A stretch of 64,000 nt of DNA from the NCBI GenBank assembly GCA_964016885.1, contig OZ024744.1:16864001-16928000 (forward strand), read 5' to 3'. Numbering within the stretch: the first letter of the stretch is position 1; each line of letters starts with the position of its first letter. The stretch is from Eledone cirrhosa (lineage: Eukaryota). A model generated the notes under the pieces. It saw only the letters and a list, made by a program, of their open reading frames with translations, did not search any database and was not told where the DNA came from. The position numbers and the translations under genes are program-made. Below are positions 1-12,700 of this stretch, piece by piece.

Positions 1-1420
1 TCTACAGTCCTGTATACAGTGACTACATTGGTAGATGTTCTCTGGTACTACAGTAGCTGTACAGTCCTGTATACAGTGACTACATTGGTAGATGTTCCCC
101 TCTAGTACTAATGTAGCTGTACAGTCCTGTATATAGTGACTACATTGGTAGATATTCTCCTCTAGTACTACTGTAGCTTTACACTCTTGTATAAAGTGAC
201 TACATTGGTAGATGTTCTCTGGTACTACAGTAGCTGTACAGTCCTGTATACAGTGACTACATTGGTACATGTTCCCCTCTAGAACTACTGTATCTCTACA
301 GTCCGGTATACAGTGAAAACATTGGTAGATGTTCTCCTCTAGTACTACTGCAGCTGTACATTCCTGTATACAGTGACTACATTGGTAGATGTTCTCCTCT
401 AGTACTACTGTAGCTGATTGTATCTTGTATACAGTGACTACATTGGTAGATGTACTCCTCTCGTACTACTGTAGCTGTACAGTCCTGTATACAGTGACTA
501 CATTGGTAGATGCTCTCCTCTAGTACTACTGTAGATTTACAGTCCTGTATACAGTGACTACATTGTTAGATGTTCTCCTCTAGTACTACTGTAACCGTAC
601 AGTCCTGTATACAGTGACTACATTGGTAGATGTTCTCCTCTAGTACAACAGTGGCTGTACAGTCCTGTATACAGTGACTACATTGGTAGATGTTCTCCTC
701 TCGTACAACAGTGGCTGTACAGTCCTGTGTACAGTGACTACATTGGTAGATGTTCTCCTATAGTACTACTGTAGCTGTACAGTCCTGGATATAGTGACTA
801 CATTGGTAGATGCTCTACTTTAGTACTACTGTAGCTGTACAGTCCTGTATACAGTAACTACATTGGTAGATGTTCTCCTCTAGCACTACTGTAGCTGTAC
901 AGTCCTGTATAGAGTGACTATATTGGTAGATGTTCTTTAGTACTACAGTAGCTGTACAGTCCTGTATACAGTGACTACATTGGTAGATGTTCCCCTCTAG
1001 TACTAATGTAGCTGTACAGTCCTGTATATAGTGACTACATTGGTAGATGTTCTCCTCTAGTACTACTGTAGCTGTATAGTCCTGTATACAGTGACTACAT
1101 TGGTAGACGTACTCCTCTTGTACAACTTTCGCTATAAAGTCTTGTATACAGTGACTACATTGGTAGATGTTCCCCTCTAGTACTACAGTGGTTGTACAAT
1201 CCTGTATAGAGTGACTACATTGGTAGATGTTCTCCTGTAGTACTACTGTAGCTGTACAGTCCTGTATATAGTAACTACATTGGTTGATGTTCTCCACTAG
1301 TACTACTGTGGCTGTACAGTCTTATATACTGTGACTACATTGGTAGATGTTCTCTAGTACTACTGTAGCTGATCAGTCATGTATACAGTGACTAAATTGG
1401 TAGATGTTCTTCTTTAGTAC
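1..1420. repeat. 60-bp tandem satellite, left part (runs off window start)
   Basis: Tandem copies of consensus GTAGATGTTCTCCTCTAGTACTACTGTAGCTGTACAGTCCTGTATACAGTGACTACATTG, with occasional 57-, 59- and 61-bp variants. Confidence 0.98.
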
Positions 1421-1684
1421 TAAAGGAATGTGATGTTTCTCTTTGTCGAATAAATAAATGCACAATCAAGTCTAACAATCATTTTATTTAATGCAATAAT
1501 TTAGTAAATTTCCTACAACGTCAATATTTTGAGGAGCGGGTCTTTCCACGTCTGTTCATGTCCGTGTTCCAAAAAGAGTGTGTGAACCTGTGGCTGTGTC
1601 CGGGTGTATTTTTGCCTCCCTTCCCTGAAGGGTTGTTAAGGGGAGGCAACTGCTAGCTACCAAGCGACCATCTCAGCCACTACA
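1421..1684 (-). repeat. 3' LTR (264 bp)
   Basis: Matches 6534-6797 except for 2 substitutions seen by eye. Minus strand begins TGTAGTGG and ends CCTTTA. AATAAA on minus strand at 1483-1488. Confidence 0.95.
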
Positions 1685-2088
1685 TTCACCTCGGAGCAGA
1701 TTTTTTGTCGCAAAATCGTTAACAATGAAGCGAAGGTAGTTTACAAAATGTAGAAGAATGTATCAACACAAAAAAAACGTACAGTAAAAGATGCAAAATG
1801 CATGAAAAGATAACACTCTTCGCAATAAAGGGGCCCCAGATGCGATAAACAAGGAAAAAAAATGTTTTGCTAGGCAATGAAAATGCCATATGTAGCATAG
1901 TTATAAAAATGCACCAAAAAAAAAGGGACTGTGTCAGAATTGACAACAGTCGTAATGTTACGCAAAATATAATATATTGACACTGCCGTAGGCAGTCAAG
2001 AATCCATAAGTAACAAAATGCAATGTACAACAAAAACAATTGGAAGGAAAAAAATAACAAAACAAAACAAAAAAAAAATATATATAAT

Positions 2089-5000
2089 TCAGTTTATATT
2101 ACTGCATAGCTTACGGGGCCAATGCACCCTTCGCCCAGAACGGGTCGTAGTTCTGTGTGTTGATGGTGGGGGAGGGGAAGAAATAGGCCTGTGTGGCAAA
2201 GAAAAAGAGGGGGGCATTTGAGTTTCAAGTGTCATTGTGTCATTGTCCAGGTTTGCTCGTTTGAGACGATCAACGGAAACCGTTTCCCTGGAACCCCGAA
2301 TGTCCAGTGTGAAATGTTTGTCTGTGCGAGCAAGCACACGATAGGGTCCAGAGCACGGCCGTTGAAGAGGGGTCTCACGGCGTCGTCTCTAACGAACACA
2401 TGGGTCCACAAGGCAATATCCCTTGGGACGGCAGTTTTTACAGTCTGCTTCCTAGTGCCCATCGGTGGTAGATCCTTGAAATAAGAGTGAAGCCGGGACA
2501 CGTAGGAAGCGGGGTCCTGCGAAGTCAGGTCAAAAGGGGCCAGCATTTGCCCCGGTAACGCCAGAGGCGTACCATAAACTAATTCGGCAGAGGAGAACCC
2601 AAGGTCCACCTTTACCGTCGACCGAATACACAACAATACAATGGGTAGGTACTCGCTCCAACGTGAAGAGTCCATGGAAGCCCTTAAGGAGGCTTTGAGC
2701 TGCCTGTGGAATCTTTCCACCATTCCGTTTGAGGCTGGGTGGTAAGCCGTGGTTCTTATTCAAGTAGCCCCCAGGATTTGAGTTAGCTCTCGGAAGAGGT
2801 TAGACTCGAATTGACGACCACGATCCGTTGTTATGGTGGTTGGTACACCGAAACGAGCGATCCACGAAGATACGAGGGTACGGGCTGTGGTTTCGGCGGT
2901 GATATCTGTTATAGGGACGGCTTCAGGCCAACGCGAAAAACGGTCAACAATCGTCAAAAGATACGAAAAACCACGACTAACCGGCCACGGGCCGACGATG
3001 TCCACATGAATGTGACGAAATCTTGCATCGGGGCAGGTGAAGGTTCCGAGAGGAGCCTTAACATGTCTATGAACTTTCGCTTGTTGGCAAGCGACACAGG
3101 AACGACACCAAGCAGCAATGTCACGTCTCATACCAGGCCAGAAAAATCTGGCTGTTATGAGTTTTACTGAGGCTGATACTCCTGGGTGAGAAATGCCATG
3201 TAAAGCGAGAAACGTAGTTCGTCGATGTTCCACTGGGACTAGAGGTCGTGGTGAGTCCAACGAAACATCACACAGTATCTGTCCGTCAGCAGTTGAGATC
3301 GGAATGTATTTCAGTTTGCAATGCACAAACTCTGGCGATGTAACATCCAACGATTCGAGAGTGGGTTGGGCAGCTGCCATTCGATGTAAATCTATCTCCT
3401 CGGAAGACGAAATCGATGCGATCGGCAGGCGAGACAGCGCATCGGCCGCTGTATTCAAAGAACCCGGAATATGTTGAATGTCGTTCGTGAACTGTGAGAT
3501 GAAGTCCAGATGTCTCGTTTCTCTGGGCGAGTATTTGTCTGCCTTAGTTCGAAGAGCAAACGTCAAGGGTTTATGATCAGTGAAAATGGTGAATGTTCTA
3601 CCTTCAAGTACATGAGCAAAATGTTTCACTGATAAATAAATTGCTAATAGCTCCCTTCCAAAGGTGCTATAGCGAGTTTCTGCAGGCTTTAACTTCCTCG
3701 AAAAGAACTCGAGTGGTTGCTGTACCCCATCACCCTTCTGCTGTAAGACTGCGCCCACGGCGCTATCCGAAGCATCAACACAGAGCGATAGCTCGGCGTT
3801 GGGTACTGGGTGGACGAGCAAAGACGCGTTCGCTAACGCCTTTTTCACTTTTTTAAAATCATCAAGCTGCGTTTCATTTAAGGAAATGTCCATATTCTTA
3901 CGCCGGCAACCCTTAAAAATCTCTGTCAACGAGAACAGCAATTTGGAACAACCAGGTACGAATCGCCTATAAAAATTTACAAGGCCCAGGAATTGACGCA
4001 ATTGACGCAGTGAACTTGGCGGAGGCAAATCCGATACTGCCTTAACCTTCTCAGGAAGAGGTCGAATACCGTCGGCGTCAATCAGATGGCCTAAAAATGT
4101 TAGTGAAGTCGAGCCGAAAACACACTTGGAAGCATTAATTCGAACATTATATCTCTGTAAACGTCGAAATACGAGATCCAGATGCTTTGAATGCTGCTGA
4201 GGGGAAGAACTAGCAATCAACACGTCGTCGATATACGTGTACACAAAATCCAGGCCCCGAGTAATATCATCCATAAATCGTTGGAAGGTACTTGCAGCGT
4301 TTCTAAGGCCGAAAGGCATAGTGAGGAACTCGAACGATCCGAAAGGAGTGGCAATAGCAGTCTTTGGGATATCCTCCTCGTTAACCGGAATTTGGTTATA
4401 AGCGCGGATCAAATCAAGCTTAGAAAAGATTCTGCAACCCTGCAATGACGACGCAAAATCCTGCAAATGCGGGATTGGATAACGGTCAGGCACAGTAATC
4501 GCGTTTAAGCGTCGGTAGTCACCCGTCGGTCTCCAATCCCCAGAAGATCTAGGTACCATATGCAGAGGCGATGCCCACGGACTTGTGGAGCGCCGAATTA
4601 TTCCCAATTCCAGCATGTGGTCGAATTCAAGGCGTGCAGCTTTCAACTTCTCTGTAGACAATCTTCGAGGACGTGAGAAAACAGGTGGACCTGTAGTGGA
4701 TATGAAGTGTTCAATCGCATGATCCGGGCTAGTTATTCTTAACTTTCCCTGCGTCAACTGAGGGAATGAATGTAGCAGGCTTTGATACTGGTTGCCCACT
4801 TCAGCCAAGAAAAAGGAAGGGCTGACGGTGGCGACGTCCGGCTCTGAACCCTCGAAAGAAAGGCCTGTTTCAGAATCAACAAGGCGTTGTCTGCGAATGT
4901 CCACCAACAAGGAAAAATGGTGGAGAAAGTCCGCTCCCAAAATGGCGTATGGCAAGTCGGCGACAGTAAACTTCCACCTTAAATCACGCCGCAAATTTTT

Positions 5001-5243
5001 TAACCGAAGCGGAAGCGAAATTTGCCCATACGTTCGAATGGCCGTGTGGTTGACTGCTCGTAGATTTATATCTGCTTCGGCTGGGCTTTTTTTGAGATAA
5101 CTGACAGGCCAAATACTCAGCGACGCGCCAGTATCGACAAGGAAATATTTTTTTGACCGCAGGTCGTATACGAAAAGATGGCGGTTCGGTCGGTTTTCCC
5201 AGAGTTCACTAGCCGCTCCTAGTGGCTCTGCTTTGCGTTTCCC
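2089..5243 (-). pseudogene. pol: Pol (protease, RT, RNase H, integrase with GPY motif), disrupted in integrase
   Basis: Frame open from 5243 through FLVDTGAS (protease), YIDD (RT), VDASD (RNase H), HHCC and the integrase core. In-frame TGA at 2760-2762 before RTTAYHPASNGMVERFHR, and a 1-nt frameshift at the G-run 2369-2372 just before SGPYRV. Ends at 2089. Confidence 0.92.
5200..5243 (-). promoter_or_regulatory. Putative -1 programmed ribosomal frameshift signal (gag to pol)
   Basis: Slippery heptamer G GGA AAC at 5243-5237 in gag frame, 6-nt spacer, then hairpin CAGAG-C-CACTAG-GAGCGG-CTAGTG-AA-CTCTG. Pol is in the -1 frame, which is closed by TAA two codons upstream of the heptamer. Confidence 0.8.
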
Positions 5244-6004
5244 GATCTCTTATAATCACAGGGCGTGCGACAACGTTGCGCCCTACTGCCGAAGTTAGCA
5301 TGGTACCAACACAACGAAGAATTATTGTTGCCTGCGTTGTAGTGCTGGCGATGAATAGAGGACGGCGGCGAACGATACCTCAAACGTTGAGAAGGCTCTC
5401 TCTGATGTACCGTCAAATCCTCTACCTTTTTGGTGAGAGCTTCAATCAACTCCAACAGTTTGCCGTCGGCCACAGAAGAACTGCGTGGAGGGACGCAAGC
5501 TGAAGCCACATAAGCATTATGCTGATTGCTGTTCGAGTCCACCTCAAGTATCCTATCCGCGGACGCGGCAAGTTGCTCTAATGAATCCTTCTCTAAACTA
5601 TTGACCAATATTCTTTGCGCACTTGGTGGTAGGCGTGAGAAAAAAAGTTGCTTTATGAAGGGGGTGTCAATCCCCTGAGAGTCGCTCAACTCCCGCAAAT
5701 GTCGCAAATAGGAGCTCGGCTTCCTGTCACCCATTTGAGCATCGTCCAACCACTCCCGAAAACGGCTCTCTACCGACTTGGTATTTCGGCGGAGGATTTC
5801 TTTTTTTAATGAGCTGTAGGTAACGTCGGCGTCTAAATCCGTCACAACGTCCCTCACCGAGAATGCCAAGGAAACAGGTAGGCCATTGATCAGGACCTTC
5901 AGCCTATGCTGTTCCTTTGTCCTCGTCAATTCGAAGAAACATTCCAGCTGCGCAAACCACAACTTGATGTCGCCTGCGAAGGACGGCAAATGATGTTGAC
6001 TCAT
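5219..6004 (-). CDS. gag: Gag (261 aa) with CHCC nucleocapsid knuckle
   Basis: ORF in good Kozak context (GGCACCATGA). N-terminal [15 protein letters not shown] motif, [15 protein letters not shown] motif, C-terminal [18 protein letters not shown]. Confidence 0.92.
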   Translation of the reverse strand: MSQHHLPSFAGDIKLWFAQLECFFELTRTKEQHRLKVLINGLPVSLAFSVRDVVTDLDADVTYSSLKKEILRRNTKSVESRFREWLDDAQMGDRKPSSYLRHLRELSDSQGIDTPFIKQLFFSRLPPSAQRILVNSLEKDSLEQLAASADRILEVDSNSNQHNAYVASACVPPRSSSVADGKLLELIEALTKKVEDLTVHQREPSQRLRYRSPPSSIHRQHYNAGNNNSSLCWYHANFGSRAQRCRTPCDYKRSGNAKQSH

Positions 6005-6518
6005 GGTGCCACGTATTTGATGACTTTTTGGTGTTGGTCAATAGTTAGCCAGGTGTTGCTGCTGATTGCTGGTAATTTTTTTCTTTAAAAAAAAATATTC
6101 CAAAGAAAATTTTAATAATAAAAAAAAATCATTTTCCATGAAAATTGATGGTCAGATAATCCAAGATGGCTGATTTAAAATGTGTCCGTGATGAAGCCGT
6201 CATGAGGCACGATGCAGCCAATCAGATGGCTGGGATTGGAGAAGACAGGCTGAACGCGGGAAAACGAGATATCTCCATTTGTAATTTCCACAGAATGTTG
6301 GAAGCAAAAATCTATTTCCAGAGAAATGCTTTTTTTTTTTTTTTTTTTTTGTTGTGTGTTGTATTTTTGTGTTTGTCTGTATGCGTGCTATAACAAATGG
6401 AATATAATGAATTTTAAGGACTTACGCTAAGTGATTCGGACATTCCAAATGTTAAGCCATTCCACATTGCCGTTAAAAAGAATTTCGGGCTCCAATAGGC
6501 TGCGTTTTCATTCTTTAT

Positions 6519-6532
6519 CGTCAGGGTCGCCA
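6519..6532 (-). promoter_or_regulatory. Primer-binding site, tRNA-Trp-like
   Basis: Minus strand TGGCGACCCTGACG, 1 nt inside the 5' LTR. Matches 12/14 to TGGTGACCCCGACG, the complement of the usual eukaryotic tRNA-Trp 3' end (recalled, not searched). Confidence 0.75.
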
Positions 6533-6533
6533 A

Positions 6534-6797
6534 TAAAGGAAAGTGATGTTTCTCTTTGTCGAATAAATAAATGCACAATCAAGTCTAACAATCATTTTAT
6601 TTAATGCAATAATTTAGTAAATTTCCTACAACGTCAATATTTTGAGGAGCGGGTCTTTCCACGTCTGTTCATGTCCGTGGTCCAAAAAGAGTGTGTGAAC
6701 CTGTGGCTGTGTCCGGGTGTATTTTTGCCTCCCTTCCCTGAAGGGTTGTTAAGGGGAGGCAACTGCTAGCTACCAAGCGACCATCTCAGCCACTACA
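6534..6797 (-). repeat. 5' LTR (264 bp)
   Basis: Direct repeat of 1421-1684, followed on the minus strand by 1 nt and the PBS. Confidence 0.95.
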
Positions 6798-9700
6798 GTA
6801 CTATTGTAGCTGTACAGTCCAGTACAGAGTGACTACATTGGTAGATGCTCTCCTCTAGTACTATTGTAGCTGTACAGTCCTGTATACAGTGACTATATTG
6901 GTAGATGCTCTCCTCTAGTACTACTGCAGCGCTACAGTCCTGTATAGAGTGAATACATTGGTAATGTTCTCCTCTTGTACTACTGTAGCTGTACAGTGAA
7001 GTATACAGTGACTACATTTGAAGATGCTCTCCTCTAGTACTACTGTAGCTGTACATTCCTGTATATAGTGACTACGTTGGTAGATGCTCTCCTCTAGTAC
7101 TACTGTAGCTGTACAGTCTTCTATACAGCAACTACATTGGTAGATGTTCTCCTTTAGTACTACTGTATCTCTACAGTCCTGTATAAGGTGACTACATTGG
7201 TAGATGCTCTCCTCTAACACTACTGTAGCTGTATAGTCCTGTATACAGTGACTACATTGGTAGATGCTCTCCTCTAGTACGACTATAGCTGTACAGTCCT
7301 GTATATAGTGACTACATTGGTAGATGTTCTCCTCTAGTACTACTGCAGCTGTACAGTCCTGTATGCAGTGACTACATTGGTAGAAGTTCTCCTCTAGTAC
7401 TACAGTAAATATACAGTCCTGTATACAGTGACTACATTGGGAGATTTTCTCCTCTAGTACTATTATAGCTATACTGTCATGTATACAGTGACTACATTGG
7501 TAGATGCTCTCCTCTAGTACTATTGTAGCTGTACATTCCTGTATACAGTGAGTACATTGGTAGATGCTCTCCTCTAGTACTACTGTTGAAGTACAGTCCT
7601 GTATAGAGTGACTACATTGGTAGATGTTCTCTGGTACTACAGTAGCTGTACAGTCCTGTATACAGTGACTACATTGGTAGATGTTCCCCTCTAGTACTAA
7701 TGTAGCTGTACAGTCCTGTATATAGTGACTACATTGGTAGATATTCTCCTCTAGTACTACTGTAGCTTTACACTCTTGTATAAAGTGACTACATTGGTAG
7801 ATGTTCTCTGGTACTACAGTAGCTGTACAGTCCTGTATACAGTGACTACATTGGTACATGTTCCCCTCTAGAACTACTGTATCTCTACAGTCCGGTATAC
7901 AGTGAAAACATTGGTAGATGTTCTCCTCTAGTACTACTGCAGCTGTACAGTCCTGTATACAGTGACTACATAGGTAGATGTTCTCCTCTAGTACTACTGT
8001 AGCTGATTGTATCTTGTATACAGTGACTACATTGGTAGATGTACTCCTCTCGTACTACTGTAGCTGTACAGTCCTGTATACAGTGACTACATTGGTAGAT
8101 GCTCTCCTCTAGTACTACTGTAGATTTACAGTCCTGTATACAGTGACTACATTGTTAGATGTTCTCCTCTAGTACTACTGTAACCGTACAGTCCTGTATA
8201 CAGTGACTACATTGGTAGATGTTCTCCTCTAGTACAACAGTGGCTGTACAGTCCTGTATACAGTGACTACATTGGTTGATGTTCTCCTCTAGTACTACTG
8301 TAGCTGTATAATCCTGTATACAGTGACTACATTGGTAGATGTGCTCCTCTAGAACTACTGTAGATGTACAGACCTGTATACAGTGACTACATTGGTAGAT
8401 ACTCTCCTCTAGTAAAACAGTGACTGTACAGTCCTGTATACAGTGACTACATTGGTAGATGTTCTCCTATAGTACTACTGTAGCTGTACAGTCCTGGATA
8501 TAGTGACTACATTGGTAGATGCTCTACTTTAGTACTACTGTAGCTGTACAGTCCTGTATACAGTAACTACATTGGTAGATGTTCTCCTCTAGCACTACTG
8601 TAGCTGTACAGTCCTGTATAGAGTGACTACATTGGTAGATACACTCCTCCAGTACTACTGTAGCTGTACAGTCAAGTATACTGCAACTAGATTGGTAGAT
8701 GCTCTCCTCTAGGACTGCTGTAGCTGTAATATCCTGTATATACAGTGACTACATTGGTAGATGCTCACCTCTAGTACTACAGTAGCTGTATAGTCCTGTA
8801 TACAGTGACTACATTGGTAGATGTTCCCCTCTAGTACTACTGTATCTGTACAGTCCTGTATACAGTGACTACATTGGTAGATGTTCTCCTCTAGTACTCC
8901 TGTAGCTGTACATTCCTGTATACAGTGACTACATTGGTAGATGCTCACCTCTAGTACTACAGTAGCTGTATAGTCCTGTATACAGTGACTACATTGGTAG
9001 ATGTTCCCCTCTAGTACTACTGTATCTGTACAGTCCTGTATACAGTGACTACATTGGTAGATGTTCTCCTCTAGTACTCCTGAGGCTGTACATTCCTGTA
9101 TAGAGTGACTACATTGGTAGATGCTCTCCTCTAGTACTACTAAACCTGTACAGTCCTGTATATAGTGACTACATTGGTAGATGTTCTCCTCTAGTACTAC
9201 TGTAACTGTACACTCCTGTATACAGTGACTACATTTGTAGATGTTCTCCTCTAGTACAACATTGGCTGTAGAGTCCTGTATACAGTGACTACATTGGTAG
9301 ATGTTCTCCTCTAGGACTACTGTAGCTGTATAGTCCTGTATACAGTGACCACATTGGTAGATGTTCCCCTCTAGAACTACTGTATCTCTACAGTCCTGTA
9401 TACAGTGACTACATTGGTAGATGTTCTCCTCTAGTACTACTGCAGCTGTACTGTCCTGTATACAGTGACTACATTGGTAGATGTACCCCTCTACAACTAC
9501 TGTAGCTGATTAGTATCTTGTATACAGTGACTACATTGGTAGATGTTCTCCTCTAGTACTACTGTAGCTGTACAGTCCTGTATACAGTGACTACATTGTT
9601 AGATGTTCTCCTCTAGTACTACTGTAACTGTACTGTCCTGTTTACAGTGACTGCATTGGTAGATTTTCTCCTCTAGTACAACAGTGTCTGTACAGTCCTG

Positions 9701-12700
9701 TATACAGTGACTACATTGGTAGATGTTCTCCTCTAATACTACTGTAGCTGTATAGTCCTGTATACAGTGAGTACATTGGTAGATGTTCTCCTCTAGAACT
9801 ACTGTAGCTGTACAGACCTGTATACAGCGACTACATTGGTAGATGCTCTCCTCTAGTACAACAGTGGCTGTACAGTCCTGTATACAGTGACTACATTGTT
9901 AGAGGTTCTCCTCTAGTACTACTGTAGCTGTACAGTCCTGTATACAGTGACTACATTGGTAGATGTTCTCCTCTAGCACTACTGTAGCTGTACAGTCCTG
10001 TATAGAGTTACTACATTGGTAGATGTTCTCTAGTACTACAGTAGCTGTACAGTCCTGTATACAGTGACTACATTGGTAGATGTTCTGCTGTAGTACTACT
10101 ATAGCTTTACAGTCCTGTATAGAGTGACTACACTGGTAGAAGTACTCGTTTAGTACTACTGTATCTCTACAGTCCTGTATACATTGACTACATTGGTAGA
10201 TGCCCTCCTCTAGTACAACTGTAGCTGTACAGTCCTGTATACAGTGACTACATTGGTAGATGTTCCCCTCTAGTACTAATGTGGCTGTACAGTCCTGTAT
10301 ATAGTGACTACATTGGTAGATGTTCTCCTCTAGTACTACTATAGCTGTACACTCCTGTATACAGTGACTACATTGGTAGGTGTTCTCCTCTAGTACTACT
10401 GTAGCTGTACAGTCCTGTATACAGTGGCTACATTGGTAGATGTTCTCCTCTATAACTACTGAAGCTGTACAGTCCTGTATGCAGTGACTACATTGGTAGA
10501 AGTTCTCCTCTAGTACTACTGTAACTATACAGTCCTGTATACAGTAACTACATTGGTAGATATTCTCCTCTAGTACTAGTATAGCTATACTGTCATGTAT
10601 ACAGGGACTACATTGGTAGATGCTCTCCTCTAGTACTATTGTAGCTGTACATTCCTGCATACAGTGACTACATTGGTAGATGTTCTCCTCTAGTACTACT
10701 GTAGCTGTACAGTCCTGTATAGAGTGAGTACATTTGTAGATGCTCTCCTCTAGGACTGCTGTAGCTGTACAATCCTGTATATACAGTGACTACATTGGTA
10801 GATGCTCACCTCTAGTACTACAGTAGCTGTACAGTCCTGTATACAGTGACTACATTGGTAGATGTTCTCCTCTAGTACTACTGTAGCTGTACAGTCCTAT
10901 CTACAGTGACTACATCGGTAGATGCTCTCCTCTAGTACTACTGAAGCTGTACAGTCCTGTATACAGTGACTACATTGGTAGATGTTCTCCTCTAGTACTA
11001 CTGTAACTGTACAGTCCTGTATACAGTGACTACAATGGTAGATGTTCTCCTCTAGTACAGCAGTGGCTGTAGAGTCCTGTATACAGTGACTACACTGGTA
11101 GATGTTCTGCTGTAGTACTACTGTAACTATAAAGTCCTGTATAGAGTGACTACATTGGTAGATGTTCTCCTCTAGTACTACTGTAGCTGTACATTCCTGT
11201 ATACAGTGACTACATTGGTAGATGTTATCCTCTAGTACTACTGTAACTGTTCCCTTCTGTATACAGTGACTACATTGGTCGATGCTCTCCTCTAGTACTA
11301 CTATAGCTGTACAGTCCTGTATATAGTGACTACATTGGTAGATATTCTCATCTAGTACTACTGTGGCTTTACAGTTCTGTATACAGTGGCTACATTGGTA
11401 GATGTTCTCCTCTAGTACTACTGTAAGTATACAGTCCTGTATACAGTAACTACATTGGTAGAAGTTCTCCTCTAGTACTACTATAGCTATACTGTCATGT
11501 ATACAGTGACTAAATTGGTAGATGCTCTCCTCTAGTACTACTGTAGCTGTACATTCCTGTATGAAGTGAGTACATTGGTAGATGTTCCCCTCTAGTACTA
11601 CTGTATCTGTACAGTCCTGTATACAGTGACTACATTGGTAGATGTTCTACTCTAGTACTCCTGTAGCTGTACAGTACTGTATACAGTGACTACATTGGTA
11701 GATGCTCTCCTCTAGTACTACTAAACCTGTACAGTCCTGTATATAGTGACTACATTGGTAGATGTTCTCCTCTAGTACTACTGTAACTGTACAGTCCTGT
11801 ATACAGTGACTACATTGGTAGATGTACTCCTCTAGTACAACAGTGGCTGTAGAGTCCTGTATACAGTGACTACATTGGTAGATGTTCTCCTCTAGGACTA
11901 CTGTAGCTGTATAGTCCTGTATCAAGTGACCACATTGGTAGATGTTCCCCTCTAGAACTACTGTATCTCTACAGTCCTGTATACAGTGACTACATTGGTA
12001 GATGTTCTCCTCTAGTACTACTGCAGCTGTACTGTCCTGTATACAGTGACTACATTGGTAGATGTACCCCTCTACAACTACTGTAGCTGATTAGTATCTT
12101 GAATACAGTGACTACATTGGTAGATGTACTCCTCTAGTACTACTGTAGCTGTACAGTCCTGTATACAGTAACTGCATTGGTAGATGCTCTCCTCTAGTAC
12201 TACTGTAGCTGTACAGTCCTGTATACAGTGACTACATTGTTAGATGTTCTCCTCTAGTACTACTGTAACTGTACAGTCCTGTATACAGTGACTGCATTGG
12301 TAGATGTTCTCCTCTAGTACTACTGTAGCTGTATAGTCCTGTATACAGTGACTACGTTGGTAGATGTTCTCCTCTAGTACTACTCTAGCTGTACAGTCCT
12401 GTATACAGTGACTACATTGGTAGATGCTCTCCTCTAGTACTACTGTAGCTGTACAGTCCTGTATACAGTGTCTATATTGGTAGATGTTTCCCTCTAGTAC
12501 TACTGTAGCCCTACAGTCCTGTACACAGTGACTACATTGGTAGATGCTCTCCTCTAGTACTACTGAAGCTGTACAGTCCTGTATACAGTGACTACATTGG
12601 TAGATGATCTTCTCTAGAACTACTGTATCTCTACAGTCCTGTATACAGTGACTACATTGGTAGATGCTCCCCTCTAGTACTACTGTAGCTGTACAGATTG

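Larger units (their letters stand above)
1421..6797 (-). mobile_element. Ty3/Gypsy LTR retrotransposon, CsRn1/Kabuki/Boudicca-like lineage, full length (5377 bp)
   Basis: Two 264-bp direct LTRs, GTAC duplicated at 1417-1420 and 6798-6801, PBS next to the 5' LTR, gag with C-X2-H-X9-C-X3-C knuckle, pol order PR-RT-RH-IN. The CHCC knuckle, tRNA-Trp primer and 4-bp TSD are established CsRn1-clade traits. Confidence 0.95.

Noticed and set aside
1417-1422. Alternative 6-bp TSD GTACTA
   Set aside because: The TA is also present at the inner end of the other LTR (6534-6535), so it belongs to the LTR. A 4-bp TSD fits the lineage.
1719-2060. Hydrophobic 113-aa ORF in the env position of the Gypsy element
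   Set aside because: Arises from a T-rich 3' UTR, is short, and shows no env or fusion motifs.
2760-2762. TGA as selenocysteine or programmed read-through
   Set aside because: Not a Cys-type position, no SECIS recognised, and a second lesion lies downstream. A CGA>TGA change is simpler.
2018-6393. Plus-strand ORFs overlapping gag/pol and the UTRs
   Set aside because: Short antisense shadows without recognisable motifs.
6921-7859. Satellite ORFs (e.g. 312 aa) as real genes or C2H2 zinc-finger proteins
   Set aside because: They start at chance ATG/GTG variants, end at sporadic stops or indels, and lack the His pair and 28-aa period. Kept only as an origin hypothesis.
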